The translations under genes were made by a program, and so were the position numbers. From NCBI GenBank assembly GCA_002256025.1, contig NKIB01000357.1, positions 1 to 33,363 on the forward strand: DNA of 33,363 bases, read 5' to 3'. Position 1 is the stretch's first letter; every line of letters begins with the position of its first letter. Below are positions 20,891 to 32,186 of the stretch, piece after piece. The notes under the pieces were generated by a model. The model was given only the letters and a program-made list of their open reading frames with translations. It did no database searches and had not been told where the DNA came from. The DNA comes from Asterionella formosa. Taxonomy: Eukaryota.

Positions 20891-22324
20891 ATGTCATCAA
20901 GCAGCGAGCCACAAGCTGCATGTACTCCAAATGACGGCGTCTCGCTCGTTGCCAAATTTATTGGAGTGTACGAAGCATTTGTTCAAGAATGCAGTGAATC
21001 GGCACTCATGGAAGCCATTGTTGGCTCCTTGCATCGCTCATTGACTGAACTGGGAGTACCTTCGCATCATCTACCAACATCTGTTGCAGTGTGCCGTGCA
21101 TTGGCAGCTACTGGAGTTACACTCGTCGCCTACTACCTATTGTTTGGTGTCTTCCACGTGCGACGGCGCCAACGATTGGCACAAGAGCTACAATTGGCCC
21201 AACAACAGCTTCGCTATTTGCAAGAAAAGCTGCGTCGATCAGATGATGATTCCGTTCCTTCTAACAAGCAAGTTAGAATCTTTATGGATGGAGCCTTTGA
21301 TCTGATGCATTATGGGCATATGAATGCCTTTAGACTTGGTCGTTCTCTTGGGACTCATTTGGTGGTTGGTGTCAATTCAGATGAGAGCATCATCCAGTGC
21401 AAGGGTCCTCCCCTGATGAGGGATCATGAAAGATTGACGATGGTAGAGTCTTGCAAGTTTGTTGATGAAGTCGTTCCAGGGTGTCCTTATATCATGAGTC
21501 GAGAGTACCTGGACTACGTCATTGAAAAGTATAACATTGACTATGTCATTCATGGCGATGATCCTTGTATTGTAGATGGCAAGGACGTGTACGCAGCGGC
21601 GAAGGAGGCTGGAAAGTTTAGATCCATACCCAGAACCGAAGGCGTATCGACTACAGATATTGTTGGCCGCATGCTTTTGATGACGAAGGAACATCACTAT
21701 CAAGGAGCAGATGATGCTTCCTATTTGCTCGGTCGACAGTCTAAGTTCCTGACCACGTCGCATATGCTGCGACTCTTTAGTGCCGGCATCAAGGCACCAA
21801 ATAAGGGTATGAAAGTTGTTTACATGGATGGAGCATGGGACATGTTTCACTGTGGACACGCTGCCATATTGAAGGCTGCAAAGGACAGAGGTGACTATCT
21901 CATTGTTGGTATTCACGGTGATGCTGTTGTCAATAAGTTGCGCGGTCACAACTTGCCACTTATGAACCTTCATGAGCGAGTCTTGAGTGTACTAGGATGT
22001 CGATTTGTTGACGATGTCTTGATTGATGCGCCATACGAAGTATCCCCCGACATGGTGGCCTCGCTCAACATTACGGAAGTCGTGCACGGAACCCGAAGTG
22101 ACGATATTGGCATTTCTCGTGACAATGAAGGCGAACGATATCGATACCCCAAAGCGGCAGGAATTCTCGCTGTTATTGATAGTCCAAGCGATTTCAATCT
22201 CGGACACATTGTGCAACGGATCTCAATTAACCAGGAGACCTTCCAAGCCAAATTTGATCGAAAGATGAAAGCGGAACAAGACTACTACAATGGAAAGTAT
22301 GGCAGAGCAAACAAGTCTCAGTGA
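20891..22324 (+). CDS. PCYT2: CTP:phosphoethanolamine cytidylyltransferase (ECT/PCYT2), two cytidylyltransferase domains, N-terminal membrane anchor; first in-frame ATG at 20891
   Basis: DGAFDLMHYGHMNA and DGAWDMFHCGHAAIL (two HxGH motifs), RTEGVSTTDIVGRML, PLMNLHERVLSVLGCRFVDDV. The ORF-track start at 20798 is a TTG. Confidence 0.93.
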   Translation: MSSSSEPQAACTPNDGVSLVAKFIGVYEAFVQECSESALMEAIVGSLHRSLTELGVPSHHLPTSVAVCRALAATGVTLVAYYLLFGVFHVRRRQRLAQELQLAQQQLRYLQEKLRRSDDDSVPSNKQVRIFMDGAFDLMHYGHMNAFRLGRSLGTHLVVGVNSDESIIQCKGPPLMRDHERLTMVESCKFVDEVVPGCPYIMSREYLDYVIEKYNIDYVIHGDDPCIVDGKDVYAAAKEAGKFRSIPRTEGVSTTDIVGRMLLMTKEHHYQGADDASYLLGRQSKFLTTSHMLRLFSAGIKAPNKGMKVVYMDGAWDMFHCGHAAILKAAKDRGDYLIVGIHGDAVVNKLRGHNLPLMNLHERVLSVLGCRFVDDVLIDAPYEVSPDMVASLNITEVVHGTRSDDIGISRDNEGERYRYPKAAGILAVIDSPSDFNLGHIVQRISINQETFQAKFDRKMKAEQDYYNGKYGRANKSQ

Positions 22325-22525
22325 AAGAATTCAACGTAGACTTTGTGACGCGACGCTTTCAAAATGGGATCTGATTACCAAGGCTTCCATTAAATTCTGA
22401 ATCTAGAAAAGCTTCCTTACAACCTACATCATAGTCACTCCCGTAACTAGAACCAATCCTGACAGTTCAATTACCAATCATACTTCCAGCAAAATGTACA
22501 TAAATAGATCTTATCCACTTACTTA

Positions 22526-24567
22526 TTAATTTCGCTGATCGGAGGCATCTGGCCGTCCTTGCATTTGTTGCTTGTACCCATTCTGGTTCCCGTGTAAAGC
22601 TGTCATTGCTCGGTTGTGCATCGCCACATTCTGACTGGTAAAATCGCTGATCTTATGCATCTTGATGCGTTTTCGAGGTGGTCCACGTAGAAGATTTTTC
22701 GTTGTGTCCTTATCCGAATCGTCACTTGAGGACACTTCTTCCTTGCCTTTGTCGGATCCTGAGTCTTCCAACGAGCTCTCTGCTGGATGAGATGTAGAAC
22801 CAGACGAAATGTCTGTGGATGCAAGCTCACTCAAAGAGCTGCCTTTCGAGGGAGCTGTACGTTTGTTAGGGTGCTTCCTGTTGTCTTCCTCCTTGTCCTT
22901 CTGGCTAATGGCTTCCATATAGCCCTCTCGGAGTGAACTGAGAAATCCCATTAGCATAGTACCAGCATCCTCGTCTTCCTTTGTCCTTCCCTCCCGAGTT
23001 GGTGACTCTGGGTGTTTACCTGTTCTGGGCTTTGCATCGACAACTGGCAGTGAAGGCGTCACTAGATGTGTATTCCATGCTCCAGCACTTGGAAGAATAG
23101 TGGAATGAACGGCTTCTCCGATAGGGGTAGACCTAACATTAATTTGTAGAACGTGTGGAGGAGGTGCCATTGTGGATGGCGCAGGTAGAGGGGGAGCAGC
23201 TTCTGGAACAGTAACGACTTGAGAAGAAAACACTTGCATTTGGGCTTGGTATGCCTTTTGTAGTTGCTGCTGATGCTGCTGAAAATTAGCAGCAGCTAAC
23301 TGTGATAGAGCGGGCTGCAATGCTGCTGCTGCTTGAGCCCATGCCCATGATGTTATGGCGTCGTTGGCAGCACTGCTCATCATACTAGTAGGATTCTGAG
23401 AAAAACTATAATAAAACGAAAGGCAATGGCCAAGTGTTAGATAATTGGCGTTTGCATTTATTGGAACGCAGTGAGATAAAATTGACTTACGGCACGCTAG
23501 AAACTGGTTGCGAAGGATTTCCTGTATGGGAAGCGGGGTTAGCCGAAGTTTGCATCTGAGGGGGTGCAAATGAAAATTGTATTGGGGCATGGGGAAGTGG
23601 AATAGTCCATACTTGTGAAGCTGCAGGCTGCGGTTGAGGGAAATTCGGAACAAGTGGTGCGACCCCAGGTTGCACGGCAGTAATCCAGTTTGGAATCGGA
23701 GGCGCAATCGGTGGCGAGCTGAATAACATGCCACTAACAGGAGGTACAACAGTGGACACGGGAGGTGCCGTGATACTGTTTGGAGGAGGAACTCCACTTT
23801 GGCCATGCTCCGCACGAAGGCGAAACCGATGTTCCAAGTGGCTTAGTTCGTGTTTAGACATCTCAATTTCTGCAGCAGTAGCCTGTGATTTGTCGCACAG
23901 ATGATAGACACGTTTTCCAAGGCAAGACGCACCAGCGAATTTCTTTGTAATTCGCATTGGATCACAATTGAGCTTTTCAGCAAGGTATGAACGTAGCGTG
24001 GTTCCCTCTGGCAGCGTCAGTACTCCCGTGGTGAAGTGATGTATTATCCTTGTCGTGTATTCTTCCTCTTCGACCTGTTGGGAGTTTTTGAGAAAGTATG
24101 TTAGAGTGTCCGCGAATTGATGCACAAACATGGAACCATTTTGTACGTCAGAGACATACCGTCCATTTCCCCTTTCGCAGATTAGTTCTGACTTTTTTCG
24201 GTTTTACTTCTTTCTTTGTAGCCCCTGTATTGTTGTCAGCCTGGCTCACACATGCGGCCGGTGGTGGACATGATGGTACCTGTATTAATCGAGGCATGAT
24301 CAATGCAGTCGTCGAAGCAGCACTCTGATCTGTAGGCTGTGCTGCTGTACTCCCTTGGAAAGCCTCAACTCTATGAATCCTTTGAGTGGTTGACATCAAC
24401 AATTCTGGTTTACATTGAATAAAATTTGGGTGGACTTGAGGGCAGCGATGACTGTTCTGCTGGGAAGTGTTGCACGAATCATTCGGTGTCCCTCGCTCGC
24501 TACGATAACTTGCGAAAGGATTTGCGCAGTTCTTTGGGGAATCGTCGTTTTCTCCTAATGCAGTCAT
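22526..24567 (-). CDS. Stramenopile Myb/SANT-like putative transcription factor; exons 24567-24160, 24074-23491, 23405-22526 (start uncertain, alternative ATG 24396)
   Basis: Splicing two 85-bp GT-AG introns (24159-24075, 23490-23406; both with CTAAC) yields LRKGKWTVEEEEYTTRIIHHFTTGVLTLPEGTTLRSYLAEKLNCDPMRITKKF. Pro-, Gln- and Ala-rich tracts and an NLS-like GPPRKRIK follow. Confidence 0.85.
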
Positions 24568-26149
24568 GCTGATGGCGCCTGGGGACAATTGTCGCGGTAA
24601 TGATCTTGTTTTCCTGTTCGGTTTGTTGCAGTTACCAAATGATTTATAATAAGCAATCAACGGTGGATGTGCATGTCAGCAAAAGAATCAACATTTCGTG
24701 CGCTAATACGTAATTACATTTATAGAAAAGGAACGCACGTCCACATCGAGAGGTGTGATTCTTAGCCGTAAATGAGAACGCATGATGTCACCATAATTAA
24801 TATAGCCAATCAACATTCGAGAAAAATCGAAGTCAAGTGACGTAATTATGGTGAAAGCCAACTCACTTCCTATTACAACATTTTGATTGGATATTCAAAT
24901 GGTTAGTTGAAGCGCACTTCAAACGACTACTGGCTTGTCCTAGCATTGTATATATTTAGAAGTCAAAATACCAACACAGGCGCACCTTCTGCTGCAACCT
25001 GATGCGAATTAGAGTACCAGGGTACCCTAGTTAATGAACCCATGATCCGAATTATCCACGTCAATATGAAAATTATAGCTAGGCCAATCAAATCTGCGTA
25101 TTACTTGATTGTTAGTGTACGTCAGAGAACCAAGGCTGACATGGAACAGACCAAGCAATCTGCCTGCTGCTCGTTTCAAACTCCTCACTGCTTGTTTGCC
25201 AAGTACACAACGTTAACACCGGTACATAAACAAAACAGTGGCAGAACGAAGGCATAAACCGGTACCAGGTAGTATTGCGGAATACGATTACGGACCAGGT
25301 ACCCGGGTACTTGGGCCAATACTAGCTACCGGTAACCGTGAACCAAAACCGTAAGCCCAAAAATCAAAAATATAATTTTCGTTTGGTTTTGGTTTCGGTT
25401 CAATCACCAGTCGGAAAAACCATGCTAACGGTTTTGGGTAAAACGTAAACACTGTCAGCCACCCATTGACTGTGATGTCGGAGAACAAAAAGATTATTAA
25501 AAAAACTACAAAAATAATTCAGACCGTGGTTACAGATGAAATGGTATAATTCCAATTCAGGAATTAGTTAGTTTTTACTGCAATTGAGGACTCATCATGG
25601 TCAACAATTAAAAATGTGCCTGTGACTGGAGGTAACAACGTAATGACCATGATGATACAATGATTCCAAACAGATATACAATGAGATATATGTCAATCAT
25701 TGTTTTCGGGTCTAATCCCTTGTAGAAGATGATATACCATAGAATGGTGCAGATGTGTGAATAAGGCGCATTTGAATGTAACAACGAGGCAGAGCGATAT
25801 TGTCTGTGGAGTCGAGCCCCATTGTGGTTCTATCCGATTTTAGTCTACCTGCTATATCTACTATTGGTAGACAATCATGTTCAACACATGCATGTGCTTA
25901 CTTGCTGGGCGCGCTTCAATATCATTTGCTTCATTATGATGAGAATGATGGAGAAAGAAAACTATTCGTCCAAATGATTGTTTACTATGCAATTTTCATG
26001 CCAGTTAAGTCTGTCAGAATCAAATTGATTCGGTTTACATGCCTTATTTGCATAGAAATTCTAACAAGTAGCTAGTATGCATTCTAAGTTTTAGATTCAC
26101 TTTATTTATTGAAACTAATTCATCTTCATTAGTCCTACTTTCATTTTCA

Positions 26150-26522
26150 CCATCATTGGTGGTTGTTGGAGGTGCCCCACAGTTCAACATGGATGACATG
26201 ATCAACATCATCATCATGTTCTGTTGCTGTTGAATTTGCTGTTGTTGTTGTTGTTGTGGCCAGTTGTGTTTATTACTAGATTTGCTAAACTATGCATAGG
26301 GACAACATTAAAAAATTAAATCGATTTGTTATATAGAAATCAAACCGAATATATGCTAAGTTTTTGAAACAATACATGTAGGTGGATTGAAGTAGAATTA
26401 CTATAGGCCAATATCATCTTGGTGTGTGCATGTGCATATTGAATCAACATCATAATCATCATCAGGATAGGTTCCGGTGTCATGTGGTAAAAGGAAAGAG
26501 GAAGGCACTCTCTCAGGCAGTT

Positions 26523-26594
<72 letters not shown>

Positions 26595-27200
26595 GCATCT
26601 AAATCTGCATCTGCATCTGATCACTAGCATTCCTGCCCGCTTTTGAAGTTACTTTGTGTCGAAACTAGAGCCAATCATGTTGTGTCTAGATTGTTCAACA
26701 CAGGTTTATCCATAAGCTGGGGGATATCATAGGTCGAGAAAATCTTGCACCAGCTGATCTTGCAGAAGTTGCTCCAGAAAAAACAGTAGGAGTAGCTCTG
26801 ATGGAATCAGAAGAAAATGCAGTACAAGTTTCTGAAGTATTTGCCACTTCATCATAGGCTTGACTGTACCATGAATTCATCATCAACATTTTTGTCATCT
26901 TCTATTTCAAAGTCTGTAGAATCAACTTCACCACTAGCATCTCCACTTTTCTCTATTTTTCGGAATACTTGCTTAGCATATCAGACCTTGGCAGGACATG
27001 TTGGGTCACCAGTTGGTTTTTTCACTTTCTGTAATAGTTGTAAAATGTTTGCTGAATTGAAGCAAGTTCCTGTTCATTCCTTGTCTGGAAAAATTTCTTT
27101 TTGTTAGGATGCTACACATTCCCACTCATGTGATCCAATTGGTAGATGAGGCAGAACACTGTCCAACAATAACATGATCTCATCGATCCCAAATTGCTGG
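26150..27200 (-). pseudogene. DUF6818-like (Myb/SANT-related) pseudogene with poly-Gln C-terminal region
   Basis: Minus-strand translation LLLDSVLPHLPIGSHEWECVAS*...KVKKPTGDPTCPAKV*YAKQVFRKIE carries the KPTGDPxCP hallmark with in-frame stops. Downstream it reads DQMQMQI*MQQQ... and QQQQQQIQQQQNMMMLIMSSM. Confidence 0.75.
26524..26595. repeat. (TTG)24 / (CAA)24 microsatellite
   Basis: Uninterrupted 72-bp trinucleotide run. Confidence 0.97.
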
Positions 27201-27491
27201 TTTACCAATATATATATCATATACCGGTTAGCTCCCCTTAAAGTTCTAGCTATTTTTATTTCATACTGCATACTGACGGTAAAATCATGTTAGTATAAAC
27301 CATTTAACGTACGGTACCTGTTACCAGGTAACGCCACCATTATATTGTTAGAATGAAGAATATGGCCCCTCGTTCGTAATCACGATGTGCGTGCATTACA
27401 TGTTATATCGCTCTACAGCCATAGAGCTAGCTGATTATGATCCAAAGGGACGACTTTTGATTCTCATCCATATTAGATATATGTATCTAAT

Positions 27492-28481
27492 ATGGGTCCT
27501 ACCAGAAATCAAGATGACAATGAGCACGTGGAAGTGGAAGGGGAAGGCACAAAGGGAAGACAGGAGGATCATGACTGTACTTCTTATTGCACCAAAGGTA
27601 AACCAAAATCGCAAAGTATCTCCATTGGTACTAACGGTAGCATGAAACGACCGCCACCGATTGTACAGCCATCGGAAATTTCACAAACGAAACAAGAACA
27701 ACGTTCGCACCCTGCATCATACATCAGTGAGACACAACAAAATATATTGCAGTGGACACGTAGATGCTACATTGCCACCCGATCCGAGGAAGAAATGATT
27801 CAATTTGTGATTCTATATGGCAAACGTGAGCGTGGTATGATGCGGACACAGCACCGCAAGCGCATCCACTTTATACAACGAAAGTGTGCTCAGCATGGTA
27901 TGCAACTCCTAACGGCTCTGTCGCTGCGACGGCATTACATGAAGTGTTTGAATCCTAACCTAAACCACGAACTACTTGGATTAGGAACAATCAAGCAGAT
28001 TCGTCATGCTGCCGAGATCTTCGAACAAGCAATTCAAGGCTATCTCGAATTACACAATATTCAGTTTGAAGACGAGAGGGCTCAAAAAGAGCGATGTCTC
28101 AGATCCAATCAGGCATTAATTGCTACACCAGACTTTTTATTTTGTCAACCCTTGAATCTTCAAGTGAATGTGCCAAACGGTGGTGGCATAGTGACGAGAA
28201 CAATTCACTGGCTTGAAGTGAAAATGTTTTATGGTGCTGATACAATAGAACCGGATGGAAAATCGGCGGTTGGCAGTATTCTCCCCAAATCTCAAACGTA
28301 TTGCAAATTGTTTGGGCCTGGAGCTATAGTCTTTCTGCAAGGATGTGGTGAGAGACTGGCTCGAGCTTTGAGCCAAATTGGAGTCATGGCATTGGATCCG
28401 GATCCACAAGTTGACCTGGAACCACTTTGGGCTCAAATGAGGACGTGGTGCGCCGATGCCGATGGGAACATACTGCCGTAA
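27492..28481 (+). CDS. TPD-motif / CDIN1 (C15orf41)-like PD-(D/E)xK nuclease-fold protein, 329 aa
   Basis: FEQAIQGYL...FEDERAQKE...ATPDFLF...IHWLEVKMFYG...YCKLFGPGAIVF parallels CDIN1-family motifs TPDF, HWIESK and FGPG. Confidence 0.8.
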   Translation: MGPTRNQDDNEHVEVEGEGTKGRQEDHDCTSYCTKGKPKSQSISIGTNGSMKRPPPIVQPSEISQTKQEQRSHPASYISETQQNILQWTRRCYIATRSEEEMIQFVILYGKRERGMMRTQHRKRIHFIQRKCAQHGMQLLTALSLRRHYMKCLNPNLNHELLGLGTIKQIRHAAEIFEQAIQGYLELHNIQFEDERAQKERCLRSNQALIATPDFLFCQPLNLQVNVPNGGGIVTRTIHWLEVKMFYGADTIEPDGKSAVGSILPKSQTYCKLFGPGAIVFLQGCGERLARALSQIGVMALDPDPQVDLEPLWAQMRTWCADADGNILP

Positions 28482-28801
28482 TGGGTCGATATTAAGGACC
28501 TGCAAGAAACAGGTTTGTTGCACACAAAATCATCAACCCTACACACCTAAAACATTAGATGGAAACAATGTAGGTGCTGGACTCTTTTATTGTAAATACG
28601 TACAAGATACCTGTAGCAGAATAGCGGTACTGGTACCGGGTACCTATGGCTTGTACTCGGGCTCAGTGCAAAAGACGCTACGCACAGCTCATAGTACCTG
28701 GTACGGTAGTCTTAAATATTTATGGTTGAAGAATAAAAAACATAGACATGTCTGCCGGTATGCAAATGTGTACGGTAGGATATAGTGTCAGCACGTCAAT
28801 T

Positions 28802-28817
28802 TTTTGGCGCGCCAAAA
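28802..28817. promoter_or_regulatory. Palindromic double E2F-binding site upstream of CTF18
   Basis: TTTTGGCGCGCCAAAA is a perfect 16-bp palindrome matching TTTSSCGC on both strands, ~340 bp 5' of the CTF18 ATG. Confidence 0.7.
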
Positions 28818-29155
28818 TATGACCGCAAACTTGCTCTACAAATACCGGTATGTGAGGATTCGACACAGCCAAAAATGAATAAGAAAACCGGTACGCATGA
28901 TGTACATAGAATTGAAATGAAATGCCTCATTGCAGCTATACCTGTTAGGTACCCCTGGTACCTGGTAAATTATAAGATATTTCTGGTATCAGCATACCGG
29001 TACCGGAATGCACAATCGGGAAGCTGCAATTTTCATCTCGACAAGAACAAATACTCCAGTGTGTGACAAACAATTCAATAGACTACCGGTAGTTTGGCCC
29101 AATCTAGTATATTTTAGTCCAGTGAAGCGAACAAATACAGAAGGAGCGAAGCAAC

Positions 29156-32100
29156 ATGGGAGACTACTTCGACGAAGATGACCTTATCAATGATTGCATG
29201 GAGGAAGTGGAAGGCCCTCCTGAAGATGACGACATCTATTTCATGGGTGAACAAGAAGAGCAATGCTTAGATGAAGTCGAACGGCCAAGGACAGGAATGG
29301 CACAGCCTCAAGAGGACGACGTCGTCATGTCCCTACCGGAAGTTCCTTCCAACAGTATCGCCACAGCTAGGCGACCTTTGACAGATGTTTATACCTTTGA
29401 ACGGTACGTTGCATTGGATTCCATGACTGACATTGACTGTTTTCGTGACTTGGGATACTACGCCTCTGGGCATGTTTGCTTGTGTTTATTGCTCATCCAC
29501 GCGCTGTCTTCCTTCTCTCCAGCTACGGTGGAAGCATCAAAATGGAATGGCGAAAGAAACAGAAACTAACGAATGACGACGACACCTTCGCCGCCACGAA
29601 GTGGAAAAGCCACGGTACGGAAGTCATCGCACAGCCCTCAACTGCAGCGCGAAGGAAAAAGCCAACGGAGCTGGTGGATTTTTGGAATCATGCTTGGACA
29701 GCGCAGAAGGAAATACAGATTGTCCCAAACAGCTCGTCGGTCAGTTTGGTTCCAACCAAAGGCAGCGAGTCCATTACGTTGCAAGAAGGGACACGAATTC
29801 ATGTACGACCTATCGACGATGACGCAATATCACGAAGCCCACTACATCAGGGAGGAAACATACTTGGGATTAGCATGACTGCGCTCATGGCCAAGTCGGA
29901 TGAGATCTTGCGCAAGGCGGATCGATCCAATAGCCTTCGGAAGGTCCACTCGGATGACAAAGGAGAGAATGTTGCACCGACGAATTGTCGGACGAAAGCG
30001 GTCGAGCAACAACTGTGGGTGGATAAACATGCACCAAACGCCTTTTCACACTTATTGTCGGATGAACGAACCAACCGAGAAGTTCTTCGAGCTATACGAG
30101 CATGGGATCCGTACGTCTTCCACAAGAATGCTCCGAAGCGAGTTGCAAAGTCAAAGGACCCACTCACGTCTGCGCAAGGTGACAGCAAACACGACAATCG
30201 ACCCGATCAACGCAATCGCGTTCTTCTTCTCTCTGGCCCACCCGGTGTGGGAAAGACAACTTTAGCTCACATTATTGCCCGTCACGCGGGGTACCGACCA
30301 CTGGAAGTCAACGCGTCTGACGAGCGATCGGCGTCAATACTAAAAGAGCGAGTCGTTCGTGCCATGGAATCTTCCACTCTGAATCTGCCCCGCAAGGACG
30401 GAGAAACCGACGAATTAGCGGGACGACCAAATTGTCTGATTTTAGACGAGATTGATGGGGCAGACGCAAAGGCCTCGATTGCTGCGCTGGTCGAAATCAT
30501 TCGAGCGGAACTTCCAATCAAGCAATCCAAAAAGAGCAGTGTCTATTTGCGTCGACCCATTATATTTATTTGTAACCACAAGTACGCTTCCGCTTTGCGA
30601 CCGTTGCTTCCTTACGCTATACAGTTTGACGTTACGTCGCCATCAGAACATCGCCTTGTGGCACGCCTTCGGGCGGTATTGGCCGAGGAACGCCTCTCTA
30701 TCTTTGCAGGATCTTCAATGTTACACCAACTGGTGACCGGAACAGGAGGCGACATTCGGTCTTGCCTCTACACGCTGCAGTTTGCTTCTGCGAGGGCCCG
30801 TGAGTTGGCGGCTAGGACGACGGAGAGCATCGTCGATATTTCGTCGACCCTCAAGAGTGCTCTGAAGGGAGATGGGATGAAGGATACCAGAAACGACGTG
30901 GCGGGAACTATCTCTATGATCTTTCGAAAGGTAAAGGGAAAGCAAGGTGCCCCAAGACCTGAAACGATGACTAATGTCCTTCGAATGGTGGAGGTAAGTT
31001 TTGTACTTTCAGGATAAGAACTTTGTAATTTTGATTATGCAAGATTTACACTAACTATTATTCTATACAGGGGTTCGGTGAGAATTCGAAAACCATAGAT
31101 TGCCTATTTACAAATCTCAATCAGATTTCGTTCGTCGATCCAACTCTGGATCGCAGCGTCGTCGCCCACGAGTGGCTATCAGGAGCTGATATTTATCGCT
31201 CACAAAAGATTTCAGTTGCGTCTCTCAACCACGCGGAACATAATGCTATGCAGCGCTACCACCTTCCATCAACAGCAGCTGCCATTCACTTGCTCTGTCG
31301 TGTCGAGACTCGAGTGGGATTGACTTTCTCCAATAAGGCTATGTTTGAAAACTTCTATAACCGGGAAGCTAATTCTAGCCTTGTCAACAAGTTTGTTGAA
31401 GGACTTTCACCAATGGCAAGATCAAATCTTAGTTCTGAAAATGCAGCGTCCGAAATAATTCCATATGCACTCTGGCTGCTTGCTGCAGGAACCACTAGCA
31501 GCTCATTCTTTCGACCAGTTTCTTCCATTGCCATTTTGAATCGTGAGGAGCGATTAGCTTTTGCCTCCCATGTGACGACTCTCCGGGCATTCGGTATCAC
31601 CTATGTTGCAGAATCTAATCCAGACAGCCTTATCCCGGACGCCATCAGTGTGGAAATGAGGATGGAACCAGCCATTGATTCTCTTTCGAAGTATAGCGGC
31701 TTAAAGGTTCCAGAGGACCAGAAACGACGAAAGGTTCCTTCTATCATGAAGGAGCTCCTTGCTCATTATGCGCATTTGGAAGGCATGCTTGTTCGAGAAC
31801 AGAAGTCACCAGAAAAGGCACGTAGTGCTATTATCAGGTCACCACCACCAAAGGACACGAGACAGCCGTCACTATTTTCCTCTGCAGCAAAGGTAATGAA
31901 GCGTGCAACAAGCGCAGATAAACCTCCCTCTCTCCAAAATAATCAAAAAGTATTGTCACAGCCACCAGCAAGTGCAGCGAAGAACTTTTTAGTACTGGGT
32001 GCCACCAAGGCAAAGACGGCGAAGTCAAAACGTAAGGCGGCCATTGTCGGCTTTGATCGATCCAAAAGGTTCAAGAAGAGCAACAGTGGTAGCGGAGTAT

Positions 32101-32186
32101 CATTCAATGAGATTGTCAGATTCAAGTATCAAAAGGGATTTACGCAAGCTGTCCGCACATGTTGCCGCATCCAGGATTTAATGTAG
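29156..32186 (+). CDS. CTF18: Chromosome transmission fidelity protein 18 (alternative RFC clamp-loader large subunit); exons 29156-29403, 29523-30993, 31071-32186; 944 aa
   Basis: LWVDKHAP...[12 protein letters not shown], Walker [19 protein letters not shown], Walker [24 protein letters not shown], and C-terminal [13 protein letters not shown]. Introns 29404-29522 and 30994-31070 are GT-AG and restore frame. Confidence 0.95.

Larger units (their letters stand above)
25320..27230. mobile_element. Decayed PIF/Harbinger-like DNA transposon: transposase C-terminal remnant (+) convergent with a DUF6818-like Myb gene remnant (-); boundaries approximate
   Basis: Plus strand ~25930-26055 reads, across a frameshift, HYDENDGERKLFVQMIV / LCNFHAS*VCQNQIDSVYMPYL, resembling the DDE_Tnp_4 C-terminus. 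A minus-strand partner gene remnant is present, as are AACCG/CGGTT repeats at ~25335-25435. Confidence 0.65.

Noticed and set aside
1727..22324. Glycolipid biosynthetic cluster (FAAL-ACP + NRS/ER + ECT)
   Set aside because: The genes are separated by TE debris and unrelated genes, there is no glycosyl- or acyltransferase, and NRS/ER and ECT are housekeeping; no synteny evidence is available.
26340..26630. Poly-Asn and poly-Val ORFs
   Set aside because: They are artefacts of reading the (TTG)n microsatellite in other frames.
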